Origin: Zootoca vivipara
Taxonomy: Eukaryota
NCBI RefSeq assembly: GCF_963506605.1
Contig: NC_083277.1
Location: 3,658,001-3,722,000 of the forward strand
Direction of reading: 5' to 3'
DNA length: 64,000 nucleotides
A model generated the notes under the pieces. It saw nothing but the letters and a program-made list of their open reading frames with translations. It was not told the DNA's origin and made no database searches. Shown in pieces: positions 1-9,935 of the stretch (its first letter is position 1; every line of letters begins with the position of its first letter). The position numbers were made by a program, and so were the translations under genes.

Positions 1-575
1 GGCCACGCAATGCAGGGGTCGCAAGGAAAGCATCTGCCAAATATAGGTGTCCACCCTCTTTCCCCACTTGGATTTCCCCCGCTTCTCATTTCTGAGCCCC
101 TCCCCCAAGAGCCCTCTCCCTCCCCGGGGGTCTTAGGTGGGTGGGTGAGTGTTGGGATCTCAGAGGCCTTGAGTCCCATGGCTTCCCTCCCCCCCTGCCC
201 CCATGAGATACTCCCATTCATCTCTCAGCCCCCTCACAGCCCCCTCTGCCCCCCTCCCCCTCACCCAAAGGACTCACTGCCCCAGAGGCTTCCCAAGACA
301 AGCGGAAAGAGGAGAGGAGACGATACAAGGAGACGGGGAGAAGGGCCTTTTCCGGGCTGCTCTAGGGAGCCTAGTTCTCTGGCTCCCGTTAACCCTTACA
401 TAGCCTTGCTGCTTGGGGATTCCTGCCCACGGAGAAAGTGGGCAAGGCACTGGGAGCAATCCGATCTGGATCCCGCCATGAGATCCTGCCAGATTCAGGA
501 CATGACAACGCTTGGCTAGTCTCCTACACCGGAAAAGGGGCATCCATAGGGGCCAACTCCTGGTTTTGCCACCTC
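1..575 (-). promoter_or_regulatory. GC-rich promoter/exon-1 region of a minus-strand ZNF-unit paralog running off the left edge
   Basis: Reverse complement aligns to ~34675-35165, the 5' region of unit E, including the putative donor GTAAGGGTTAA (here at ~389-399 on minus). Confidence 0.55.
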
Positions 576-585
576 TGCCCTTAGG

Positions 586-1255
586 ATCATAGAATCATAG
601 AATAATAGAGTTGGAAGAGACCACAAGGGCCATCCAGTCCAACCCCCTGCCAAGCAGGAAACACCATCAAAGCATTCTTGGCATATGCCTGTCAAGCCTC
701 TGCTTACAAGAGCTCCAAAGAAGGTAGCTCCACCACACTCCTTGGTAGCAAATTCCACTGTCAAACAGCTCTTACTGACAGGAAGTTCTTCCTAATGTTT
801 AGGTGGAATCTTCTTTCTTGTAGTTTCAATCCATTGCTCCGTGTCCGCTTCTCTGGGGCAGCAGAAAGCAACCATTCTCCCTCCTCTATATCACATCCTT
901 TTATATATTTGAACATGGCTATCATATCACCCCTTAACCTTCTCTTCTCCAGGCTAAACATACCCAGCTCCCTAAGCTGTTCCTCATAAGGCATTGTTTC
1001 CAGGCCTTTGACCATTTTGGTTGCCCTCTTCTGGTTTTGCCCAAGTGTAGTATTTTACATTTCTCCCTGTTAAAATTCATCTTGTTTGCTTTGGCCCAGT
1101 TGTCTAATCTGTTAAGGTCATTTTGAAGTGTGATCCTGTCCTCTGGGGTAGTAGCTACCCCTCCCAATTTGGTGTCATCTGCAAACTTGCTCAGGATGCC
1201 CTCAAGCCCATCATCCAAGTCATTGGTAAAGATGCTGAATAAGACTGGGCCCAAC
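586..1255 (-). mobile_element. CR1 LINE 3' fragment, internally deleted
   Basis: Minus-strand ORFs encode [23 protein letters not shown] and LGMFSLEKRRLRGDMI; CR1 (ATTCTATG)n tail reverse-complemented at ~586-605. Confidence 0.9.
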
Positions 1256-1281
1256 ATCTGCTATATTGTGAACTGCTATAT

Positions 1282-1820
1282 TGTGAAACCCAAGGGGATG
1301 TAGATACAGTATGTGGGGATTCCCGAATCCGGAGGTTTTCCTGTGAAAGTATTGACCTTTAGTAGGTCTTGTGGTCGTGGTCAGGGACAGAAATTTCCTA
1401 CAGCTGACCTGTACTGGTTTGTTGTCTGGCCGAAGTGTGATGGACAGCAGAGCTGGCCCAGAGTCTGGCAATTCAGTCCCCCAGAACTTCCACCAGAGGG
1501 AAAGAGCAGTTAGGGAGGAGGATAGGATTTGTCTGAAGGAGAACTGGTTCTGATTTGAGTTGAACACCCACCCTGAGGGGACTGTCCATGGTGAGAGGAA
1601 AGACCCTCCCAGCTTGGAGAGGGAGACCCCGTTGGGGGTCTGGGGAAGGTCTACTGACAGGGGTGTCCTGGGAGGCCTGACTCTGAGGCAGGAGAAGCAG
1701 ATCCTGGGGGAATTCAGCCCCCCCTGGGTTTCCTTCCAGTCTGGAGGGGGCAGTTCTTCTAGGGAGAGAAGACCCTCAAGCCAGTCACAAGGGGGGAGGG
1801 GATCCCCTGGGTCTGTCACA
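1282..1820 (-). mobile_element. Possible solo LTR
   Basis: TG...CA termini with short inverted ends (TGTGAAACCC / TGTGACAGACCC); no TSD or clean AATAAA seen. Confidence 0.3.
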
Positions 1821-1879
1821 CCATTTTTTAATCAACTGTTTTTCTTTCTTTTACGTTTTATTGTAACTTCATTGATGTC

Positions 1880-1921
1880 AGCTGCCCTGAGCCCTGCTCT
1901 CACCGGGAAGGGCGGGGTATA

Positions 1922-1960
<39 letters not shown>
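1880..1960 (+). repeat. L2-type retroposon 3' tail with (AAT)n microsatellite
   Basis: GCCCTGAG...GGGCGGGGTATAAAT followed by an (AAT)n run. Confidence 0.6.
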
Positions 1961-1961
<1 letters not shown>

Positions 1962-3339
1962 GGAATTACCTCAGGAGTGGGGTTGCTTAGAGAGTGGGGG
2001 ACTGAGGAAAAGTGCCCCTTGCTCATGAACCAGGGCATCAATTGAGGAAGGAAGCTGTGTTGTCTTATTTAACTGGGCCACGCACCAGTCAAAAAGGGTT
2101 CTTGGTAATCCCTGGTGTGGTTGGGATATTTAAAGGCATATTTAATGTGCCCATTTTCTGGATTCAGCCTCTGCAACGGAGGCAGTTCAGAGCACTGCTG
2201 ATCTGACTTTCCCCCCTGTTCTTGCTACGGCAGGATGCCTGCGGGGGGGGGGAGGGTATTTAGATTATTCTCATGCTGTCAAACGTAGTCTGTGGTAACT
2301 TCCTATGCCACCTGCAGCAAACATTTGCTGCCTTGAGGGAGAGCTTAACTCTATCCTCCCTGATTTCTCCATTACCTGCATTCACTTTTCCCACCGCAAA
2401 GGGAAAACCGCAGTTAATAGTGCCCCTCTTTAGTCTTGTTTTTGCTAGCGCATATCATTCTAATATGCCAACTGGTACAGCCCTTCACTAGCCAACAATC
2501 GTTTCTGAAGAGCTTTGGAGCAAAGAAGGATTTAGACCTGGTCACCAAAGCTTGCATTGGCTCATAGTGCTCTCTGTGCATTAGAATGTATGGGGTAGAG
2601 ATTTATTGCCACCCTTGAAATCCATCTCTGCTTCTCCTCTCACAGTGTGGCCTTAAAGTGGCTGATGCTTGAGGCGGCACAGCACCATTACAGGCCCGGG
2701 TTTTAGGCCCCTCTGATTTCAGTTCCATAACTGACAAACATCACAGGTATTTTGCTAGCCTATATATCTCATTAGCCCAGCAAGTTCTGAGTTGCCCTGG
2801 ATTGGGTAGTCCTTTGTGTTTCGTTTCAAAACGAGAGAGAGAGAGAGCTGTGTGTGGAAGCCATAGCAGACCTCAGTAGAGAAGGACGGTCATGGCCACT
2901 GTAGCACAAGTCCTCTTAGTCCTTACTGCCTTACCCTTAACAAAACAGGAGGAAGCTGCTACAGTACCAGGACACCAGTGACTTTTACCTGTTTGCACAG
3001 AGGTTGCAGGGGAGACTTCAGCTGAACACACTGCATGGGGAAGAGCGGCGATAATGAGTGACCTCTTGAGAGCAGGGATCTAAAGAGGACTACTAAGAAC
3101 ACCACCACCACCCCACTCTCCATGGACTTGAGTGGCCCCTGCAGGAAGAAATGAGATCGCCATCTCTTTGGAAACCAATCTCCAATGAAGCTATAAGCAA
3201 TATCAACCTAAAAAAAACAAAAAAAAAAAAACAAAAAACAAAGGAGGTCTCCTGACCTCACTGCTGATTTCCCTCATTTAGCAGATTGCATTTTTTGAAA
3301 TTAGGTTATCACTTACCCAAAGACCCCTGATTGTGTTGC

Positions 3340-3816
3340 AGATCTTGCCTTGTTCTTCCGGAGACGCCTTTGCAAAGGGCTTGCATCCCCCGCGAGGCGT
3401 GCAGGTACCGTAGTGCTATTTGTGAGAGCGACAGGGACCCATAGAAGGGTTAAAGGAATAGAGAGAGTCCGCCTGCCTAGAGAGGCCTGGAAAGGGACCC
3501 TCCCCCCTCTCCCCCCCACCTCTCCGCTCGCAGAGCAAGGTGCGCACGGCAGAGATGCGACGCACAGGGCGAGGGGTGAGTCGTGCCAAGGGGGGGCCTT
3601 TGGGCACAGGGGAGATTTGGTGGGTGGGGGAGCCGAAAAGAGGATGTTGGGGGGCTGAGGGAGGAGGAGTGGAAAGATCTCTGGGAGGGAAGCCCACATC
3701 TCCTTTAAGTCACATCCCTACACGAGGCGAGGGGCCTCCTATCCCGCCCCCGCAAAAGCCTTTCTTCCCTGGAAGCTGGATTCCTGCCCGCCTCCTCCTA
3801 TTGGAGTAGCAGGATC
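3340..3816 (+). promoter_or_regulatory. CpG-rich promoter/exon-1 region of ZNF unit A
   Basis: Direct paralog of 39725-40395, lacking ~190 bp present there; CpG-rich; homology resumes at ~8612 after the hAT insertion. Confidence 0.55.
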
Positions 3817-3929
3817 TTCTGGGGCAGGGGTTCCCAACAAAATTTTCTCGAGGACCCCTCATCGAGCCGCTATTGTGACAAGGACCCCCATTAATTCCTA
3901 ATCCTAAAATTAAAAAGACAGGGTACCTG

Positions 3930-4156
3930 CGCAGTTCGAAAGCACGTCAAAATGCAAGTAGATAAATAGGAACCGCTACAGCGGGAAGGTAAACGGCGTT
4001 TCCATGTGCTGCTCTGGTTCGCCAGAAGTGGCTTTGTCATGCTAGCCACATGACCTGGAAGCTATACGCCGGCTCCCTCGGCCAATAATGCGAGATGAGT
4101 GCGCAACCCCAGAGTCGGTCACGACTGGACCTAATGGTCAGGGGTCCCTTTTACCT
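3930..4156 (+). mobile_element. Sauria SINE, 5'-truncated (lacertid type)
   Basis: GCAAGTAGATAAATAGG..CGGGAAGGTAAACGGCGTTTCC body, BovB-shared GAGTCGG.CACGACT and CCCTTTTACCT tail. Confidence 0.85.
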
Positions 4157-4259
4157 CATGTGCACCTTTCCCCCCTTTTGCCTCTTGGTATCCTCTCCTC
4201 CTCCTACATGGTATCATGTGCACCTTTCCCCCCTTTTGCCTCTTGGTATCCTCTCCTCC

Positions 4260-7200
4260 CCCCTTCATGGATCAATGCCTTGTCGTGGCGAAGGGGCGAA
4301 GGGGGCGAAGGGGCTTGAATAACTCAGAGAAGCTATGAGCTATGCCATGCAGGGCCACCCAAGATGGACAGGTCATAGTGGAGAGTTTTGACTAAACGTG
4401 ATCCACCTGGAGAAGGAACTGGCAAGCCACTCCAGTATCCCTGCCAAGAAAACTCCATGGACAAAGACAACAGGCATATAAAAGTTATGACGCTGGAAGA
4501 TGAGCCCCTCAGGTCGGAAGGCGTCCAACATGCTACTGAGGAAGAGCGGAGGACAAGTACAAGTAGATTCAGAGCTGATGAAGCGGCTGGGCCAAAGCCG
4601 AAAGGACGCTCAGTTGCGGATATGCCTGGAAGCGAAAGGAAAGTCCGATGCTGTAAAGAAAAATATTGCATAGGAACCTGGAATGTAAGAACCATGAGTG
4701 GAGGTAAGCTGGATGTGGTCAAAAATGAGATGACAAGAATAAATATCGACATCCTGGGCATCAGTGAACTAAAATGGAAGGGAATGGGCGAATTCAGTTC
4801 GGGTGACTATCATATCTACTACTGTGGGCAAGAATCCTGTAGCAGAAATGGAGTGGCCCTCATAGTCAACAAAAGAGTGGCAAAAGCTGTAATGGGATGC
4901 AATCTCAAAAATGACAGAATGATCTCGATACGAATCCAAGGCAGACCTTTTAACATCACAGTAATCCAAGTTTATGCACCAACTACTGGTGCTGAAGAAA
5001 GTGAAATTGACCAATTCTATGAAGACCTACAACAACTTCTAGAAATGACACCAAAGAAGGATGTTCTTCTCATTACAGGGGATTGGAATGCTAAAGTAGG
5101 GAATCAAGAGATAAAAGGAACAACTGGCAAGTTTGGCCTTGGAGTTCAAAATGAAGCAGGGCAAAGGCTAATAGAGTTCTGTCAAGAGAACAAGCTGGTC
5201 ATCACAAACACTCTCTTCCAACAACACAAGAGACGACTCTACACATGGATATCACCAAATGGGCAGCATCGAAATCAGATTGATTATATTCTCTGCAGCC
5301 AAAGATGGAGAAGCTCTATACAGTCAGCAAAAACAAGACCTGGAGCTGACTGTAACTCAGATCATCAGCTTCTTATAGCAAAATTCCAGCTTAAACTGAA
5401 GAAAGTAGGAAAAACCACTGGGCCAGTAAGATACAATCTGAATCAAATCCCTTATGAATACACAGTGGAAGTGAGGAACAGGTTTAAGGATTTAGATTTG
5501 GTGGACAGAGTGCCTGAAGAACTATGGATGGAGGCTCGTAACATCATACAGGAGGCAGCAACGAAAACCATCCCAAGGAAAAGGAAATGCAAGAAAGCAA
5601 AATGGCTGTCCAACGAGGCCTTACAAATAGCGGAGGAGAGGAGGCAAGCAAAATGCAAGGGAGATAGGGAAAGATACAGGAAACTGAATGCAGATTTCCA
5701 AAAAACAGCAAGGAGAGACAAGAGGGTCTTCTTAAATGAGCAATGCAAAGAAATAGAGGAAAACAATAGAATGGGGAAAACCAGAGATCTGTTCAAGAAA
5801 ATTGGAGATATGAAAGGAACATTTCGTACAAAGATTACCATAATCAAGGACAAAAGTGGTAAGGACCTAACAGAAGCAGAAGACATCAAGAAGAGGTGGC
5901 AAGAATACACAGAGGAATTATACCAGAAAGATATGGAGGTCTCATACACCCCAGGTAGTGTGGTTGCTGACCTTGAGCCAGACATCTTGGAGAGTGAAGT
6001 CAAATGGGCCTTAGAAAGCATTGCTAATAACAAGGCCAGTGGAAGTGATGATATTCCAGCTGAACTATTTAAAATTTTAAAAGATGATGCTGTTAAGGTG
6101 CTACACCCAATATGCCAGCAAGTTTGGAAAACTCAGCAATGGCCAGAGGATTGGAAAAGATCAGTCTACATCCCGATTCCAAAGAAGGGCAGTGCCAAAG
6201 AATGCTCCAACTACCGCACAATTGCACTCATTTCACACGCTAGCAAGGTTATGCTTAAAATTCTACAAGGCAGGCTTAGGCAGTATGTGGACCGAGAACT
6301 CCCAGAAGTGCAAGCTGGATTTCGAAAGGGCAGAGGAACCAGAGACCAAATAGCAAACATGCGCTGGATTATGGAGAAAGCTAGAGAGTTCCAGAAAAAC
6401 GTCTACTTCTGCTTCATTGACTATGCAAAAGCCTTTGACTGTGTCGACCACAGCAAACTATGGCAAGTTCTTAAAGAAATGGGAGTGCCTGATCACCTCA
6501 TCTGTCTCCTGAGAAATCTCTATGTGGGACAAGAAGCTACAGTTAGAACTGGATATGGAACAACTGATTGGTTCAAAATTGGGAAAGGAGTACGACAAGG
6601 TTGTATATTGTCTCCCTGCTTATTTAACTTATATGCAGAATTCATCATGCGAAAGGCTGGACTAGATGAATCCCAAGCCGGAATTAAGATTGCCGGAAGA
6701 AATATCAACAACCTCAGATATGCAGATGACACAACCTTGATGGCAGAAAGCGAGGAGGAATTAAAGAACCTTTTAATGAGGGTGAAAGAGGAGAGCGCAA
6801 AATATGGTCTGAAGCTCAACATCAAAAAAACCAAGATCATGGCCACTGGTCCCATCACCTCCTGGCAAATAGAAGGGGAAGAAATGGAGGCAGTGAGAGA
6901 TTTTACTTTCTTGGGCTCCTTGATCACTGCAGATGGTGACAGCAGTCACGAAATTAAAAGACGCCTGCTTCTTGGGAGAAAAGCAATGACAAACCTAGAC
7001 AGCATCTTAAAAAGCAGAGACATCACTTTGCCGACAAAGGTCCGTATAGTTAAAGCTATGGTTTTCCCAGTAGCGATGTATGGAAGTGAGAGCTGGACCA
7101 TAAAGAAGGCTGATCGTCGAAGAATTGACGCTTTTGAATTATGGTGCTGGAGGAGACTCTTGAGAGTCCCATGGACTGCTAGAAGATCAAACCTATCCAT

Positions 7201-7500
7201 TCTTAAGGGAATCAGCCCTGAGTGCTCCCTGGAAGGACAGATCGTGAAGCTGAGGCTCCAATACTTTGGCCACCTCATGAGAAGAGAAGAATCCTTGGAA
7301 AAGACCCTGATGTTGGGAAAGATTGAGGGCACTAGGAGAAGGGGACGACAGAGGACAAGATGGTTGGACAGTGTTCTCGAAACTACGAACATGAGTTTGA
7401 CCAAACTGCGGGAGGCAGTGCAAGACAGGAGTGCCTGGCGTGCTATGGTCCATGGGGTCACGAAGAGTCGGACACGACTAAACGACTAAACAACAACAAC
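4260..7500 (+). mobile_element. BovB (RTE clade) LINE, full length (copy 1)
   Basis: Typical BovB 5' leader, single long ORF, (CAA)n tail, TSD ATCCTCTCCTCC at 4248-4259 and 7501-7512. Confidence 0.97.
4457..7489 (+). CDS. BovB endonuclease-reverse transcriptase, uninterrupted (~1010 aa from first in-frame ATG)
   Basis: APE motifs GTWNVRT, GDWNAKVG, QIDYIL, SDHQ; RT motifs FIDYAKAFD, GVRQGCILSP, YADD; no stops or frameshifts. Confidence 0.95.
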   Translation: MDKDNRHIKVMTLEDEPLRSEGVQHATEEERRTSTSRFRADEAAGPKPKGRSVADMPGSERKVRCCKEKYCIGTWNVRTMSGGKLDVVKNEMTRINIDILGISELKWKGMGEFSSGDYHIYYCGQESCSRNGVALIVNKRVAKAVMGCNLKNDRMISIRIQGRPFNITVIQVYAPTTGAEESEIDQFYEDLQQLLEMTPKKDVLLITGDWNAKVGNQEIKGTTGKFGLGVQNEAGQRLIEFCQENKLVITNTLFQQHKRRLYTWISPNGQHRNQIDYILCSQRWRSSIQSAKTRPGADCNSDHQLLIAKFQLKLKKVGKTTGPVRYNLNQIPYEYTVEVRNRFKDLDLVDRVPEELWMEARNIIQEAATKTIPRKRKCKKAKWLSNEALQIAEERRQAKCKGDRERYRKLNADFQKTARRDKRVFLNEQCKEIEENNRMGKTRDLFKKIGDMKGTFRTKITIIKDKSGKDLTEAEDIKKRWQEYTEELYQKDMEVSYTPGSVVADLEPDILESEVKWALESIANNKASGSDDIPAELFKILKDDAVKVLHPICQQVWKTQQWPEDWKRSVYIPIPKKGSAKECSNYRTIALISHASKVMLKILQGRLRQYVDRELPEVQAGFRKGRGTRDQIANMRWIMEKAREFQKNVYFCFIDYAKAFDCVDHSKLWQVLKEMGVPDHLICLLRNLYVGQEATVRTGYGTTDWFKIGKGVRQGCILSPCLFNLYAEFIMRKAGLDESQAGIKIAGRNINNLRYADDTTLMAESEEELKNLLMRVKEESAKYGLKLNIKKTKIMATGPITSWQIEGEEMEAVRDFTFLGSLITADGDSSHEIKRRLLLGRKAMTNLDSILKSRDITLPTKVRIVKAMVFPVAMYGSESWTIKKADRRRIDAFELWCWRRLLRVPWTARRSNLSILKGISPECSLEGQIVKLRLQYFGHLMRREESLEKTLMLGKIEGTRRRGRQRTRWLDSVLETTNMSLTKLREAVQDRSAWRAMVHGVTKSRTRLND

Positions 7501-8173
7501 ATCCTCTCCTCCTCGAAGGCTGACATGGTCCATGCAGGGTGGATGACAGAGAGGGCTCTCCTGGTGACGGCATCTCAGTGCCAGCAACCCACAGCGGTAA
7601 GTCTGGGGAAACCCCTTGTATTTCAGCAGTGAAGCTCAAGGGCAGGTAGGTGCAGCTGGAAACTAGTTTCCTTTTTCCAAAGAATATAAAAAGTGATCTT
7701 CTGAATGGGATTCCCAGGTTCTTTCATCCTGGGATTGTTGAAAAGGGTTGTGGGCATGGTCAGCTGTGGGGGTGTGGTCAGTCGCTACATTTTCAAAGCA
7801 CCCCCACTTTGTGGTGCATGCTCTGTATTTTCTGTTTTTTCTCACACACAGCTCCTTCCCCATACAAAAATTGCTCCATTGACTTGCATGGGAGGAAAAA
7901 GCACACACACACACACACACACACACGGCTAAATGAGCCTTTGATCTTACCTTGGGGAAGGGTGATAATCAGCTCAGTCACTCAGGGTTTGCTGTTTTGC
8001 CCAGGCGCGGTGCCGGCCACGGAGCTCTGCAGGGACGCGGGTGGGAGACGGGGCTCCCTGAGGGGTTTGCGGTCAGTCAGTGCGGAGGCCGCGGCTCCCA
8101 GCGCCGCCCCGCACACGAAGCCGCCGAAGAAGCGGCTCCGGGCGAGGCGGGCGCCCAGCGACCGGGCCATGAC

Positions 8174-8422
8174 AGCAGATTTTTGCCCTGCTTCAGGGCG
8201 GCAGCGCCCGTTGGCGAGCTTGGCTTTCGCGCGCTTTTTCCTCCCCTCACGAGGCGGAGCAAAGAGAAGCTGAATAAGGCGGAGGCGGAAAGGAGGGAAG
8301 AGCCTTTCCGCCTCCGCCTTATTCAGCTTCTCTTTGCTCCGCCTCGTGAGGGAAGGAAAAAGCGCGTGAAAGCCAAGCTCGCCAACGGGCGCTGCCGCCC
8401 TGAAGCAGGGCAAAAACCTGCT
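8174..8422. repeat. Near-perfect palindrome, 120-bp arms with 9-nt spacer
   Basis: 8174-8293 is the reverse complement of 8303-8422 with about 3 mismatches. Confidence 0.95.
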
Positions 8423-8723
8423 ATCCTCACTTCTACAAAGCCGTGGGGAGCACTGGGCGGTGGGTGGCGGGCAGGCTGGCCAGCGCCCCTCCATTCTGGC
8501 TCCGCCAAGTTGCGGACCCCTCTGGCATAGCTCGCGGACTCCTGGGGGTCCGCGGACCACCTGTTGGGAAACACTGTTCTGGGGGATCCAAACGTGGGAC
8601 GCGGCCTTACACCGAGGCAGCCCTTCGGTCGACGTGGGTCGGAATTGCTTAGGGTTGCTGCCTTTGTTCCGGCAAAATACGCGCAGGGCGGTGAGGGGGG
8701 AGCGATTCTTTATTATTATTATT

Positions 8724-8880
8724 ACAGGTAGGTAGCCGTGTTGGTCTGAGTCGAAACAAAATTAAAAAATTCCTTCAGTAGCACCTGATATCTGGTATCG
8801 GGTATCTGATGAACTGTGCATGCACACGAAAGCTCATACCAAAATAAAAACTTAGTTGGTCTTTAAGGTGCTACTGAAGG
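8724..8880 (+). mobile_element. Penelope-like element LTR remnant
   Basis: GGTAGCCGTGTTGGTCTG start, inverted CCTTCAGTAGCACCT / AGGTGCTACTGAAGG, internal hammerhead; absent from paralog C at ~40510. Confidence 0.75.
8801..8840 (+). ncRNA. Minimal type-I hammerhead ribozyme (Penelope-type)
   Basis: GGTAT-CTGATGA-A-CTGTGCATGCACAC-GAA-AGCT-C-ATACC: stem I GGTAT/ATACC, CUGAUGA and GAAA cores, palindromic stem III. Confidence 0.75.
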
Positions 8881-9099
8881 ACATTTATTATTATTATTGT
8901 TATTGTTATTGTTATTTGGCGCTGAATTGACTTCAAAGCAATCCATTAGAATCTATTGCACCCTAACCGGATGCCCCTCTCTGGAATTTTATAATAAATT
9001 CCATTTTTCGTTTTCTTTTTACAAATAACACACTAACATTCACCCAAATATAATATACACATTTAATGTTGACTTTCCTCTCTCCCCCCCCTTCCACGG

Positions 9100-9291
9100 T
9101 TATTATTTATTATTTATTATTTATAACCCGCCCATCTGGCTGGGTTTCCCTGGCCATTCTGGGCGGCTTCCAACAAATATAAAAATACATTAAAATATCA
9201 CAGATTAAAAACTTCCCTAAACAGGGCTGCCTTTAGGTGTTTTCTAAATGTCAGGTAGTTCTTCTCCCTGATCTCTGATGGGAGGGCGTTC
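9100..9291 (-). mobile_element. L2 LINE 3' end (paralog at ~28672-28880, +)
   Basis: Same 3' sequence as the L2 at 57445-58047 (GCAGCCCTGTTTAGGGAAG...CCAGCCAGATGGGCGGG, AAT tail). Confidence 0.75.
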
Positions 9292-9935
9292 ATAATGCTA
9301 ATTTCTTTTCTATTACATATTATAATTACTCCCTTCCCTTTTTCTCCTTTTTATATCCAGATACTTCTTCCTGTAGATTTTTTTGTCTTTCTTTGTGTGC
9401 GTGGGCATATTCTCTTCTAGGGCACATGACCTGGGGGGAGGGGCTACAGTGGAAAGGAAGGCAGGCTGGAGGAAGGGAGTTTGTGGCTGGGGAAACCCTG
9501 CCAGATGTCTGGGGTAATAATAATAATTGTTGTTGTTATTGTGGTGTTTTTTAATTGAAGTCACTGGGAGCTTGTGGCCAGGGAGGCTGCAATACCAAAG
9601 CTCCCATCTAACAGTTATAAAAGTAGACACAGAAGGCATGACTCCAATCATAATCATAATGATGATGATGATGACGACGACGACATTATTTATATCCCAC
9701 CCATCTGGCTGGGTTTCCCCAGTCACTGAAGGTGACAGGGTTTTATTGCAAAGTGTGTTTCAAGAGGAAGGCCCCCCTCTTTCACCATGGAAACTGTGTG
9801 TGGTAACTCCACACACAGGGAGACTTGCTCTTCAACAGCTAAACCTCTGGGGCAGGAAAATGCTTGCAGGGTCTCTGAAGCTTGTTTTCGCTTCTGAGCT
9901 CCCTAGGAAGTTTGAAAGAGTCTAATCCTGCAAAT

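Larger units (their letters stand above)
3825..8576. mobile_element. Non-autonomous hAT (Charlie-like) DNA transposon with nested Sauria SINE and full-length BovB
   Basis: TIRs CAGGGGTTCCCAAC (3825) / GTTGGGAAACACTG (ends 8576); perfect 8-bp TSD TTCTGGGG at 3817-3824 and 8577-8584; absent from paralog C. Confidence 0.85.

Noticed and set aside
4333-7461. Many 60-200 aa ORFs antisense or off-frame to BovB (also in copies 2-4)
   Set aside because: Shadows of the conserved LINE ORF; repeated only because the element is repeated.
7501-7512. TSDs of BovB copies 1 and 2 both contain ATCCT at or next to their 5' end
   Set aside because: Only two cases and copies 3 and 4 do not fit; too weak to claim target specificity.
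7650-8735. Overlapping 190-207 aa ORFs on both strands
   Set aside because: GC-rich palindromic TE interior with few stops; no transposase motifs.
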